Below, in pieces: positions 14,413 to 23,081 of a stretch of DNA of 40,932 nt. Location: positions 1 to 40,932 of the IMG/VR virus record IMGVR_UViG_3300043464_000933. One strand, given 5' to 3'. The first letter of the stretch is position 1. Every line of letters begins with the position of its first letter. The notes beneath the pieces are model-generated. The model saw only the letters and a list, made by a program, of their open reading frames with translations. It did not search any database and was not told the origin of the DNA. The DNA is from a virus. A program made the position numbers and the translations under genes.

Positions 14413-16140
14413 CTACTCAAACAGAGCCACATTAGCCTGATTAATAGTTGCCATGTCAGCGTTGGCAAGAGCCTTCACAGATTCAATTATCTCTGATTCT
14501 TCTATGTCGTTCTCCGTATAATCCTTCAACACCATGTTGATGTACTTATGCAGGTTGGTTGATAGGATGTAGTCAAATTGGGTGCAGCCTCTGTTGTTGT
14601 ATACTAACGTCTTGACCTCTTGACTGAATGGAAGCGGGTCAATTAACTCAGTCAGCTTAACAACATCTTCAACCTGTTCGTTGGTTCCGTACAGCTTCAT
14701 GACGAGATCTCTTTCACGCTGCCTGACTATGATAGGGCTGTGGTTGTCCTTAATTGCTTGGCTGTAGGCCTCACTTGCAGCCTCCATAGTAATCACATCA
14801 AAGCTTTCAGGTATTGAAACGTTTGGCAGCAAATTAGACAATTGCTCATTAGATATGTACGGCATCATTTCAGGATCACGCAAACCTGGTATAGTTCGCA
14901 GGACTATCACAGTTGCAATCTCTGAGTATTTTGATGCCAGATAAAAAGCTACATTGTAGAATAAAGCGTTTATGTCTTGCCTATCATATTCTTTAGCCTT
15001 GCCAGACTGGTTCATGCCCACCTTAACTAGATATTCCAGATTAAGCATAGAAAGGGCATTGAAGCCTGCCTGTTCAACGGCCTGAGTAAACTTATCAATG
15101 AGTTCAACTGGACGCTCTACGTAGCCAGCAGGAGGGTTAGGTAGCTGTATAGGCGTAGTTGCATCAACTGTTGACTTAGGTTGGCCGTATATCAGAACAT
15201 TAAACGGGCTCTCTACCTGCTGGCCTGAACCCTTGCAGGTATTACATATTTCATTAGACCGTTTTCTGTCGTATCCTGTACCCTTGCAATTGGAACATTC
15301 ATGAGTGCTAACCTGCCAATGTTTAGGGTGGGCATGCATTGCCCATATTACACCTAAGTCACTATTTCTTTCAACCAGATCATTGAGGTCTGGAACAATT
15401 GGGTCAATGAGTGATTTGTAAACTGGCTGATTATATTCGTCAAAGTAATCTACAATGGAACCAACTTCAACAAATGGATTTCCTTCTAAGATATATTCTT
15501 GCCTAAGTTGATATTCATCCCGACCAGCTTGTTTTTTGCCTTCTTTTTTAAAGAAGACATACAGGTAGCCCTTGCCGCCTGCATAGACCTCAACCCCTGG
15601 CTTGCCCGTTTCTGGCAGGTAGCCAACTGACTTTTGGACTACAAAGTTTTCTTCGTACCTGTAAAGAACGTTAGGCGAATAAAAAGTAAGTATCTTAGTT
15701 GGATTGTCAACCATTGGCAAAAGCAATGCCCCAGGGTCTTCCATCCACAATTTCAGCAGGTAATCAAATAGGAAGTTTTCAAGGCTCTTGAAGTGGGGTA
15801 TTTCCTGTGTAAGCAGATTTTCAACAGACAGCATTTCGGGATTAACCCCTGTCTTTTGAAAATCATCTTCAAATGAGATACGCCAATCGTTGTTTTGCCC
15901 TATTTTCTGAAATAGCGAAATCAGCTTTTCAATCAGGGATTTGTTCTTTGCCTTAAAATTGTTCCGCCTATAATCCTTCTGCCATTCTTCTTCGTTTGGC
16001 CGAAACGTATTAAGTAACTTCTCAGGATATTCGCCTGTGAAGTGATACTTGCGGTCTTGGTAATTAGTTGACATTGCCTGAACAGAGGGCATAAAAGCCC
16101 CCTGCTCAAGTATTGTCAACACATCTGATGGATTAAGCAT
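14413..16140 (-). CDS. portal-protein candidate with an inserted DnaJ-type zinc finger (575 aa)
   Basis: This is the only ORF of portal-like size outside the tail module. The call rests on size and context only. The track start at 16143 is a TTG; the ATG is at 16140. CSNCKGTG...CNTCKGSG lies at 15223..15297. Confidence 0.35.
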   Translation of the reverse strand: MLNPSDVLTILEQGAFMPSVQAMSTNYQDRKYHFTGEYPEKLLNTFRPNEEEWQKDYRRNNFKAKNKSLIEKLISLFQKIGQNNDWRISFEDDFQKTGVNPEMLSVENLLTQEIPHFKSLENFLFDYLLKLWMEDPGALLLPMVDNPTKILTFYSPNVLYRYEENFVVQKSVGYLPETGKPGVEVYAGGKGYLYVFFKKEGKKQAGRDEYQLRQEYILEGNPFVEVGSIVDYFDEYNQPVYKSLIDPIVPDLNDLVERNSDLGVIWAMHAHPKHWQVSTHECSNCKGTGYDRKRSNEICNTCKGSGQQVESPFNVLIYGQPKSTVDATTPIQLPNPPAGYVERPVELIDKFTQAVEQAGFNALSMLNLEYLVKVGMNQSGKAKEYDRQDINALFYNVAFYLASKYSEIATVIVLRTIPGLRDPEMMPYISNEQLSNLLPNVSIPESFDVITMEAASEAYSQAIKDNHSPIIVRQRERDLVMKLYGTNEQVEDVVKLTELIDPLPFSQEVKTLVYNNRGCTQFDYILSTNLHKYINMVLKDYTENDIEESEIIESVKALANADMATINQANVALFE

Positions 16141-17017
16141 CAACTAATGTGATTGTGATTGGAACCTTAGATTCAAGGCAACCTGAAGCATTTGAAACAA
16201 CAATGTAAACCGTATAAGGTGACAGAGAAGTAGGACACGCACCAGCAGCAGTAAATATTACTGAGCCGTTTTCCAAGTTGTCATCTACAGTTACGCAAGC
16301 TGGCAAAGGTTTGGCGGGGTCTTCCTCCACACTCCACACCAGATTATCAAGCGTCACACCATCGTAAGGACTAACCGCTGTAATTGTTGCAATCTGTACT
16401 GGGTCACCGTTTACCTCCAAAGTAATGGCCTCGCCTGAATAGTCAATATTGCCTTTTTGGATTATTGGGTTAGGGCAAATATTGAAGGTGTTGTCATCGA
16501 AGCAAACCGTTGCAGATGGGATGTATTGAGTAACCCACATTACAATAGCCTGACCCTGAATGTACGTGTTGATGTCCTTCTGGATTACAGGCGCACCCTT
16601 GAAGTTGATTGCATTTCCAGATGCATCCCAAATCACATTGGGAGAAACAAAGTAGAGGTCATATTTATTTGTCTGCCTTCTGAAGTCGTTGTAAAACTGT
16701 ATGTTGTTTACAACGGAAAATTCATCAGCAGTCAAAGTAAATGTATGTGGTCCAGGGTAGCTCTGTTGCCTTCCCCTTCCCAATAGTTCAGCAGTATCTG
16801 GGAGCGGTAGTTCACCATTCACATTTCTTAGAATGATAGCCTCACCGTCTGCCTCTGCCTGAAGGATTGAAGTCATGAATAACTCAACCGTTGTTTTATT
16901 AAGCGTAGTGCTTTTTTTAACAAAGATTAAATCAATGATTCTGCCTTCGTAGTCAACATCGCAGCACTCAATGGAGTAGCATGGATCGATGTTACAATTT
17001 GACGTATTGCAAGCCAT
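16133..17017 (-). CDS. virion structural protein candidate (294 aa)
   Basis: The ATG at 17017 (MACNTSNC...) lies 1 nt after the upstream TGA; the track start at 17068 is a TTG. Cys-rich N-terminus and a beta-rich, Ig-like-looking C-terminus. Confidence 0.45.
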   Translation of the reverse strand: MACNTSNCNIDPCYSIECCDVDYEGRIIDLIFVKKSTTLNKTTVELFMTSILQAEADGEAIILRNVNGELPLPDTAELLGRGRQQSYPGPHTFTLTADEFSVVNNIQFYNDFRRQTNKYDLYFVSPNVIWDASGNAINFKGAPVIQKDINTYIQGQAIVMWVTQYIPSATVCFDDNTFNICPNPIIQKGNIDYSGEAITLEVNGDPVQIATITAVSPYDGVTLDNLVWSVEEDPAKPLPACVTVDDNLENGSVIFTAAGACPTSLSPYTVYIVVSNASGCLESKVPITITLVDA

Positions 17018-17018
17018 T

Positions 17019-19220
17019 TCAGCATTTGAAATTTTGATTTTTGAGAGGCGCAAACCTCTGAGCGACAACTTTGAACTGGCCTATTGTTAACTCGTTATAG
17101 CCTTCCGAACTTGAGTTGTCCAATGGTGTCTCAGTTGTGTATTCCGACACGCAAATATAAATCTTTCCATCAATTATTAGCTTTTCATGTTTAGTTGCAA
17201 AAAACATAGCCTCATGAAACTTGTCAGGCTGCCATGCTGTGTTCACAGTCAATTGCTTGTCTAAGGCTATCTGTCCGAGCCTGTGAACGCCATTGGACTG
17301 CCTGTAACTTGATTCTGTGATTACCTGCTCAGGGTTGCCCATAAACAATTCAAGCCTGTATTTCTGCTTTTGACCTCGCAGATATTCAATACCCCATGCC
17401 CCGTTTTCGTCCGAGAACTCAACCATTTTACTTTCTTCCGACTGGATTTTGAAACTGAAAATATCAGAGATGGCAAGTGGCTCAATCTGGCCAGTAAATT
17501 CATACACCATTAAGCGATAGCAACCTTCCTCAATATCTGCTGGAATATCTACACAGACAAAGGTGTACGGGTTGCAGTCCACGCAATTGCTAACTGATGT
17601 AGTCATCAGGTAGGGCTGCCTGTCAAAGCCTGCTGAAAGCTTCACGCCTTCAAATATCATGGGCTGGAAGGAAGTGATTTGAGGATGGGTTATAAAATCA
17701 ACATAGTCTTTATCAACCTGCCAATTAGGTGTTCCTGTAATCACGCTTCCAGATTCAATTAATAATGCGTCATTATTTATCGCTGCCAAATATTTATAGC
17801 GGTCTGCAACTGGAATTAATACATCCCAAATATCAGACTCGGTTGCTTGCAGAAATGAAACTGGGTAAGCCTGCCTATTAGCTACAATTAGCCCCTGTGT
17901 TGCAGGGATAGAGGTAGCAAGCGTAAATCCAAAAGTGTATTGTTGGCTAACTTCAAAATCAAGGTAGTCTGAATTATTTATTGAATTTGAGGCAAGTATA
18001 ATATTAGTATCAAAAGTATCATATAGATATTGATAGCCAGCTAAAGGATATAACCTGTAAAGCGTAGGGGTTTTTAAGTCATCCTCTAAAAACACAACCC
18101 CCATATTCCACTGATTGAACTCATTAGACAGGTAGCTTATTAGCGACCTTCTTTCTCCATCACTTCCATTTGTCCATGACCAAAATTTAGCAACTGTATT
18201 TAGGCCATAGATAGTTTCGTAAATGCCTGATTCCTGTACGTCAACAAATGAAGAACCAAAATCGGCTATCATAAATGGATAGCCAGTGATAATATCCTCA
18301 TCGCTTGCAAAGTCAGGGCAAATTATTATCTCTATTTCAGGCGTACAGAACACCTCCTCAATATTTTCAAGCCCCAATTCGCTGTAATTGAATTGCACCC
18401 TCCATGTTTCAAACCCGTCCAGGTTTATGTAGCTGGTTAGCGTGATGTCGGTGTTGGAAAAAATCTGGCTAAGTATCAAACCAATTTGGGTCACCTGCGC
18501 CCCTGTTGCTATGTTGCCAAATGGCTGGCCATTAACAGTTGCGAATGCTGTTAAAACAGGCAGGTCTGTAGTTGCCTTGTTGTTGATGAACTTGCGGCTC
18601 AGTTCAGGTCTGGATAATGGGCTAACTACTTCAATTGTAACCACCCTTGACTGGTCAACGGACAAGCCCCCGATATTGGAATTAACAATGTTATTTGATT
18701 CATTGACCAGAGCTACATTGTAATAATAGGTTTCAGCAGGATTCAAGTAAACATTTAAGGACTCTTTTGTTGCCCCTGCGCATATTTCATCCCCCTGCTC
18801 AATTAGCAGCTGGTAGTCTGGATTATATTCGTAATCAGATATGAACGTGTAATCGTAAAATCCTTCTGCCTCAAATCCAGTTTCATCAATTAACTCACTT
18901 ATGAAGTTAGTCAAGGTTGGCTGATGGACGTAGATACGCCATGAGTTAGGGTCTGTAATGCTTAACAGTATGAAATAGTAAGACCAGCCCGTCTTGCCTG
19001 CATTTGGTATAATTTGAAGGCCGTTTACCGTAGTGCTAACTTGCAGCCTGTACCCATTGGCATTGAATAGGCTGGTAGCAAGTAAAAAGTTAAGGCTTGT
19101 AAATTCAGCCGCCAGTGCAACCCTGTTATCAAGGAGGGTTGATATGAACTTGGTGGATGGTCTATTCATACGGCAAATGTAACTAATTAAAATATTTTTC
19201 ACTTTTTGTTTATGTTCCAT
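17019..19220 (-). CDS. large virion structural protein candidate (733 aa)
   Basis: Long beta-rich ORF with no catalytic motif. An alternative start at 19169 (MNRPSTKF) is preceded by TACATTTG-CCGT. Confidence 0.45.
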   Translation of the reverse strand: MEHKQKVKNILISYICRMNRPSTKFISTLLDNRVALAAEFTSLNFLLATSLFNANGYRLQVSTTVNGLQIIPNAGKTGWSYYFILLSITDPNSWRIYVHQPTLTNFISELIDETGFEAEGFYDYTFISDYEYNPDYQLLIEQGDEICAGATKESLNVYLNPAETYYYNVALVNESNNIVNSNIGGLSVDQSRVVTIEVVSPLSRPELSRKFINNKATTDLPVLTAFATVNGQPFGNIATGAQVTQIGLILSQIFSNTDITLTSYINLDGFETWRVQFNYSELGLENIEEVFCTPEIEIIICPDFASDEDIITGYPFMIADFGSSFVDVQESGIYETIYGLNTVAKFWSWTNGSDGERRSLISYLSNEFNQWNMGVVFLEDDLKTPTLYRLYPLAGYQYLYDTFDTNIILASNSINNSDYLDFEVSQQYTFGFTLATSIPATQGLIVANRQAYPVSFLQATESDIWDVLIPVADRYKYLAAINNDALLIESGSVITGTPNWQVDKDYVDFITHPQITSFQPMIFEGVKLSAGFDRQPYLMTTSVSNCVDCNPYTFVCVDIPADIEEGCYRLMVYEFTGQIEPLAISDIFSFKIQSEESKMVEFSDENGAWGIEYLRGQKQKYRLELFMGNPEQVITESSYRQSNGVHRLGQIALDKQLTVNTAWQPDKFHEAMFFATKHEKLIIDGKIYICVSEYTTETPLDNSSSEGYNELTIGQFKVVAQRFAPLKNQNFKC
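19174..19181 (-). promoter_or_regulatory. TACATTTG box 4 nt upstream of the internal ATG at 19169
   Basis: The minus strand reads TACATTTGCCGTATG, 13/15 identical to TACCTTTGCCGCATG at 23070..23084. Confidence 0.3.
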
Positions 19221-19238
19221 AAATTTAATTTACATTTG
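19205..19238 (+). promoter_or_regulatory. promoter candidate (TTTG-N22-TACATTTG)
   Basis: TACATTTG at 19231-38 within a TTTGCAAA palindrome, 20 nt before the ATG at 19259. Confidence 0.5.
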
Positions 19239-19258
19239 CAAAAATAATCAATCAAATC

Positions 19259-19756
19259 ATGAGCAAATCACTTTACGAAATCATCCACGACAAACTTGAA
19301 TTGTTGCAACAAGCAGAAGAATTAGATGGTGACATTTCAGAACTTACCGAGGCATGGGAGTACAACGAGGCCGAGGCCAAAGACAAGGTACAAGCCTACC
19401 TGCAAGTAATTGATTCCTTAGCGTTGGCTAACGAAGGTATAAGGGCAAACATTGACAGACTGGAAACCAAGGTCAACCAGAACCTGAAGGTTATTGAGAA
19501 CTTGCGGTCTAACCTGCTTATGGCAGTTGATAAGTTTGGCAAGTTTAAATATGACGAAGGGATGATGGCAGGCAGGTCGGTCTTTATTCAGCAGCGTCAA
19601 AAGTTAATTACCGATTTTTCTCTTATTGAAGACCAATACAAGTTTGAAAAAATTGAGGTTAAGATTTATACTGCCAAAATTAAGGAAGACTTGAAAAATA
19701 ACATTATGGTTCAGGGTGCTCATTTGGAAGAATCAAAAACCCTTGTAATAAAATGA
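19259..19756 (+). CDS. Siphovirus Gp157-like coiled-coil protein (165 aa)
   Basis: N-terminal SLYEI...ELLQQAEE..DGD, a long coiled coil, and a C-terminal VQGAHLEESKTLVIK ending fit the Gp157/Gam-like family layout. Confidence 0.5.
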   Translation: MSKSLYEIIHDKLELLQQAEELDGDISELTEAWEYNEAEAKDKVQAYLQVIDSLALANEGIRANIDRLETKVNQNLKVIENLRSNLLMAVDKFGKFKYDEGMMAGRSVFIQQRQKLITDFSLIEDQYKFEKIEVKIYTAKIKEDLKNNIMVQGAHLEESKTLVIK

Positions 19757-20409
19757 TGCAATTACGAGTCGACAAAATCTATTACATCAACCTGCGGAAG
19801 TCAGTAACCCGCAACAATGCGGCCAAAGACCACTTTAAGCAAATAGGGCTGGTTGATAAGCATGGCAACCCGCCTGTAAGGTTTGAAGCCTTGACAGCGG
19901 GTGACGCTGACTTTCCAATTAAGGGCAACTTTAGCCAAGGAGAGATAGGATGCTTTGCCAGCCATCGGGCTATCTGGAAGGATATGATTAAAAACAAATA
20001 TCTATCTGTTTTAATCCTTGAAGATGACGCACGATTTGAATTATATCCTGAATTGGATTTTGACACAGTTGATTTGGTTTACATGGTTTATTTTGGATGC
20101 TATGATCACACTAACAAGAAAGCAATTCCAGACACCATTAAACAGGAAAGCGAATTTTGCTTTCAAGTAAATAATGCTTGGCATACACACGCCTATATTA
20201 TTGGTTATCCATTTTTACAAAAGGTTTTAAAAGCTACATCTGAAATGCGAGGCTCAATAGACCAGCACTTAGTTGCCTTGCAGAAACACTATCCAATTCA
20301 TGCCATTATTCCCCAGGTCTGCCATCAGGCCAAATCAAGCATCAGTAACCCGTCCACAATCAAGCACACTATCCAGAACGTGCCTTTGGATATTTCTGAT
20401 TTGATTTAA
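19753..20409 (+). CDS. glycosyltransferase family 25 (218 aa)
   Basis: KIYYINLRKSVTR..., GEIGCFASHRAIWKDMI and LILEDDARF are the GT25 (LPS/LOS beta-1,4-galactosyltransferase-type) hallmarks. Confidence 0.8.
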   Translation: MMQLRVDKIYYINLRKSVTRNNAAKDHFKQIGLVDKHGNPPVRFEALTAGDADFPIKGNFSQGEIGCFASHRAIWKDMIKNKYLSVLILEDDARFELYPELDFDTVDLVYMVYFGCYDHTNKKAIPDTIKQESEFCFQVNNAWHTHAYIIGYPFLQKVLKATSEMRGSIDQHLVALQKHYPIHAIIPQVCHQAKSSISNPSTIKHTIQNVPLDISDLI

Positions 20410-20414
20410 TTCTG

Positions 20415-20447
20415 AACTATCCTGAATTTCAGGATAGTTGCCTTTTT
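20415..20447 (+). terminator. intrinsic terminator
   Basis: Perfect 10-bp stem AACTATCCTG/CAGGATAGTT with loop AATTT, followed by GCCTTTTT. Confidence 0.7.
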
Positions 20448-20477
20448 GGTAATGTGAATTGCTTTGAACTATATTTG
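20445..20477 (+). promoter_or_regulatory. promoter candidate (TTTG-N21-TATATTTG) for the capsid cassette
   Basis: TATATTTG at 20470-77, 34 nt before the ATG at 20512. Confidence 0.5.
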
Positions 20478-20511
20478 CATTTGAAATAATTTTTCACAAA
20501 AAATCGCAAAT

Positions 20512-20886
20512 ATGGAACTGATAAAAGTAATTGGATACAATCGAAGCGGTCAAGTCATTGAAAAGTATCTACCTAAGAAGTTTGTAGAAACTCAAATGAA
20601 GCTGCCTGAAAACAAACGCAGGGGCTTCATGAAGACGGCTAAAAGCCCGCAGGATGCTATTGTAGCAGGCAGCCGTGAATTTAATAACCTTATCACCTTA
20701 GCAGGCGGCCTTGACAAGGTTAAGGAGTTGCTAAATGCTGCCGATGCATCTGTTGCCTCCTTAGCCAACCCTGCATCAAAAGTTGATGTAGTTGAAACAC
20801 CAGCACCCAAGCAGACAAGAACCAAGAAGGTTTCTGTATCCGATAAACTGAAGGCCGAAATTGAAAACCTGACAGGCAATGAATAA
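20512..20886 (+). CDS. hypothetical protein (124 aa)
   Basis: ATG verified. First gene of the capsid cassette. No motif recognised. Confidence 0.5.
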   Translation: MELIKVIGYNRSGQVIEKYLPKKFVETQMKLPENKRRGFMKTAKSPQDAIVAGSREFNNLITLAGGLDKVKELLNAADASVASLANPASKVDVVETPAPKQTRTKKVSVSDKLKAEIENLTGNE

Positions 20887-21751
20887 GGTTGGTGAATTGC
20901 TTATGGATTTTGCCCAGAAGGTTGGGCTTGATCCTGCCGATGAAAGGCTCAAGGCTGTTGCAGGTATTACAACGGAGTTGGACGTTGAGATTGCCGAAAA
21001 AATTACAAAAGGTCTGATGACAGTAGATGCAGCCATTGCCAATGACAGGGTTTATGAGGCTGTCAAGTCAAAGTTCACACCAGGTTTTGAGCAATCATTT
21101 TTTGAGCAAATTTCTTTGATTCTTGACAAGGAGCAAGTAGCAGAAGTGAAAGCCCACAAGGAAACAGGAGCCAGAATGAGGGAAGGCTTGACGAAAGTAA
21201 AAGCCTTGACCGAAAAGCTGAAGGAGGCCAAAACAGATGGTGCGGACAAGGACGCATTGAAGGACTTGCAGTTTAAACTGGCAGCCGCTAACAAATCTGT
21301 TGAAGATTTGAACGCAACAATCCTTAACCAGAAGTCGCAATTCGAAAACCAGTTGAAGGATTATGACCTGGGCAATAAGCTTAATTCATACAGGGATAAG
21401 ATTAACTGGAATGATGCAATTGCCCCTGAACTTAGGGATGTTGTTTTTAAAACATCGCTAAATTCAAAGCTGGCTGAAATTGGCGGGGCTTTGCATTCTG
21501 AAAATGGTTCACTAACTTTGCGGAAGTCTTCCGACACAACCGCCAAAGTGTTTGATAGCAACAACCGTGAGGTAACGCTTGAGTCTTTGGTTTCTCTTGT
21601 AATTCAAGAAAAGGGGCTTGCTAAAACTGGTAACGCAAACCTCCCCAAAACACCAGTGGCACACATACCTGCTATGGCAGGTGATAAGCCAACAAAGGCT
21701 CAGAGTATTAATTTTGCCGCTTTAAACAAAGTTTTGAGCGATGTAAAATAA
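20879..21751 (+). CDS. scaffolding protein candidate (290 aa)
   Basis: Highly helical composition rich in K, E and A, directly upstream of the capsid gene. The call rests on composition and position only. Confidence 0.45.
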   Translation: MNKVGELLMDFAQKVGLDPADERLKAVAGITTELDVEIAEKITKGLMTVDAAIANDRVYEAVKSKFTPGFEQSFFEQISLILDKEQVAEVKAHKETGARMREGLTKVKALTEKLKEAKTDGADKDALKDLQFKLAAANKSVEDLNATILNQKSQFENQLKDYDLGNKLNSYRDKINWNDAIAPELRDVVFKTSLNSKLAEIGGALHSENGSLTLRKSSDTTAKVFDSNNREVTLESLVSLVIQEKGLAKTGNANLPKTPVAHIPAMAGDKPTKAQSINFAALNKVLSDVK

Positions 21752-21802
21752 AATTCCTGACTGCTGTAGTTGGTTACTCCATTACTTTCTTAATCAACTA
21801 TT

Positions 21803-22930
21803 ATGTCAGTTGTAACCAATGGTGCCAATATATGCCCTGCATTATTGCTCACCCTAATGGACGTAATCGGGGAGAACGCAAGCCCTACCAGAGGTTTATC
21901 TGCTGGTGCATTGCTTGCATTACACGACCCCGATAACGTTCGACAAGGCCCAGAAGTGCGATCAATCGCAGAATCTGGCCACATTCGTACCGCCCGTGTC
22001 GCTTTCAAACGTCCTTCAATCATCTCTCAAACTTCTTCATCTGATTCAGGTGGATGTTTTGAAGGTGATCCAAATCCGTATGTAGAGGACACAATTGAAA
22101 TTGACGGATACCGTGAAATTACTGGTTCTGTTGAAATCGAAACCGTCCGTACTTTTTGCCGAGAGTATTCAAACCTTGAGAACTTAGGTCTGAGGCTTTC
22201 CGATAACAAGTCAGTACAAGCCACCTTTGAAAATGGTATGGCTCAAACTTCTTTGTCTGTCATCCGTGAAATCGGCCAATCAATCTTGTTTGACCGAAGA
22301 GCTGTGTTGGAAGGCATTGATAAGGACGTTGTTGACTATTTGGCCGCTAACTACGGTAAGTGGGAAGATGGTTCTAACACCAAGACCTTCACCGTAATGG
22401 GTTCTGATGGTGCGCCAAACAAAGACCAGATTTCAAGAATGCTTCAGCAACTTGGCAATCTGGGCATGATAGGAACACCTATCCATGTAGGTTCTGACAC
22501 GGGAGCACTTGACAGGTTCCTCGCCTGGGAGCGTCAATTCGCAGCTTACTGTTGCCAAGATGGAGGCATTGATTTTGGAGGTATTACTTCCAAGATGGGT
22601 AAATGGTATCGCTCACGCCAGATTACATCTGAAGTGGATGATGATGCTGTTTTCACCTTCTTCCCTGGGCTGGTTAAGTACATCCCATTCCTTAAGAATG
22701 TTGGAAACTTTGGCGTTAAAATCGGTAACACTTGGTTGGCAACATTGCCAGTTCCTGAGGTTCCAGGCTTGACCCTTGACTTCGACATCCGAGAAGATGA
22801 ATGTGAGCGTTCCTACATCTACCGACACAGCCAGAACTTTACCGTTTGGGCTGGTGAAGGTTACTTCAAGACCAATGACGCATTAGAAGGCGTTAACGGC
22901 TTGGTTCTTAGCTCTGCTGTTCAGAGTTAA
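21803..22930 (+). CDS. major capsid protein candidate (375 aa)
   Basis: Position after the scaffold-like gene, size typical of HK97-fold capsid proteins, strong terminator downstream. No direct motif evidence. Confidence 0.55.
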   Translation: MSVVTNGANICPALLLTLMDVIGENASPTRGLSAGALLALHDPDNVRQGPEVRSIAESGHIRTARVAFKRPSIISQTSSSDSGGCFEGDPNPYVEDTIEIDGYREITGSVEIETVRTFCREYSNLENLGLRLSDNKSVQATFENGMAQTSLSVIREIGQSILFDRRAVLEGIDKDVVDYLAANYGKWEDGSNTKTFTVMGSDGAPNKDQISRMLQQLGNLGMIGTPIHVGSDTGALDRFLAWERQFAAYCCQDGGIDFGGITSKMGKWYRSRQITSEVDDDAVFTFFPGLVKYIPFLKNVGNFGVKIGNTWLATLPVPEVPGLTLDFDIREDECERSYIYRHSQNFTVWAGEGYFKTNDALEGVNGLVLSSAVQS

Positions 22931-22987
22931 ACCAATCAGACAGGCATCGGATATTGGATCATCGAGGATGACTTCATTGTCCAATGA
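22931..22987 (+). other. in-frame open extension behind the capsid-gene TAA (18 codons plus TGA)
   Basis: Reads TNQTGIGYWIIEDDFIVQ-stop in the capsid frame and contains no ATG, GTG or TTG. The core is 11/13 identical to the C-terminus of the 578-aa protein (30781..30822). Confidence 0.6.
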
Positions 22988-22993
22988 ACTCAG

Positions 22994-23027
22994 GCAGGAG
23001 GGCATAAAAACCTTCCTGCTTTTTTTT
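22994..23027 (+). terminator. intrinsic terminator of the capsid cassette
   Basis: GCAGGAGGG / CCTTCCTGC: a 9-bp stem with one G-U pair and an 8-nt loop, followed by eight T. Confidence 0.75.
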
Positions 23028-23047
23028 GCCTTATTTTATTAAATATT

Positions 23048-23077
23048 TTTGCACTTGTTAATTATTTTATACCTTTG
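23048..23077 (+). promoter_or_regulatory. promoter candidate (TTTG-N18-TACCTTTG) 4 nt from the ATG
   Basis: TTTG at 23048-51, TACCTTTG at 23070-77, then CCGC and the ATG at 23082. Confidence 0.55.
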
Positions 23078-23081
23078 CCGC

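Noticed and set aside
16141-17068. N-terminal extensions in the ORF track at 3816, 6228, 16143, 17068, 28015 and 39290.
   Set aside because: These track starts are TTG or GTG codons. In each case except 39290, an ATG that fits the neighbouring stop codon or promoter lies just downstream, so the shorter models are preferred. The start at 39290 remains uncertain.
22928-22930. Genome-wide stop-codon reassignment (as in some Bacteroidota-infecting phages) as the explanation for the open frame after the capsid TAA.
   Set aside because: All long genes are intact under the standard code. TAA, TAG and TGA each terminate well-supported genes: TAA at 5559, 7790 and 35660; TAG at 14413 and 5393; TGA at 9221 and 17019. 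Any recoding would therefore have to be local.
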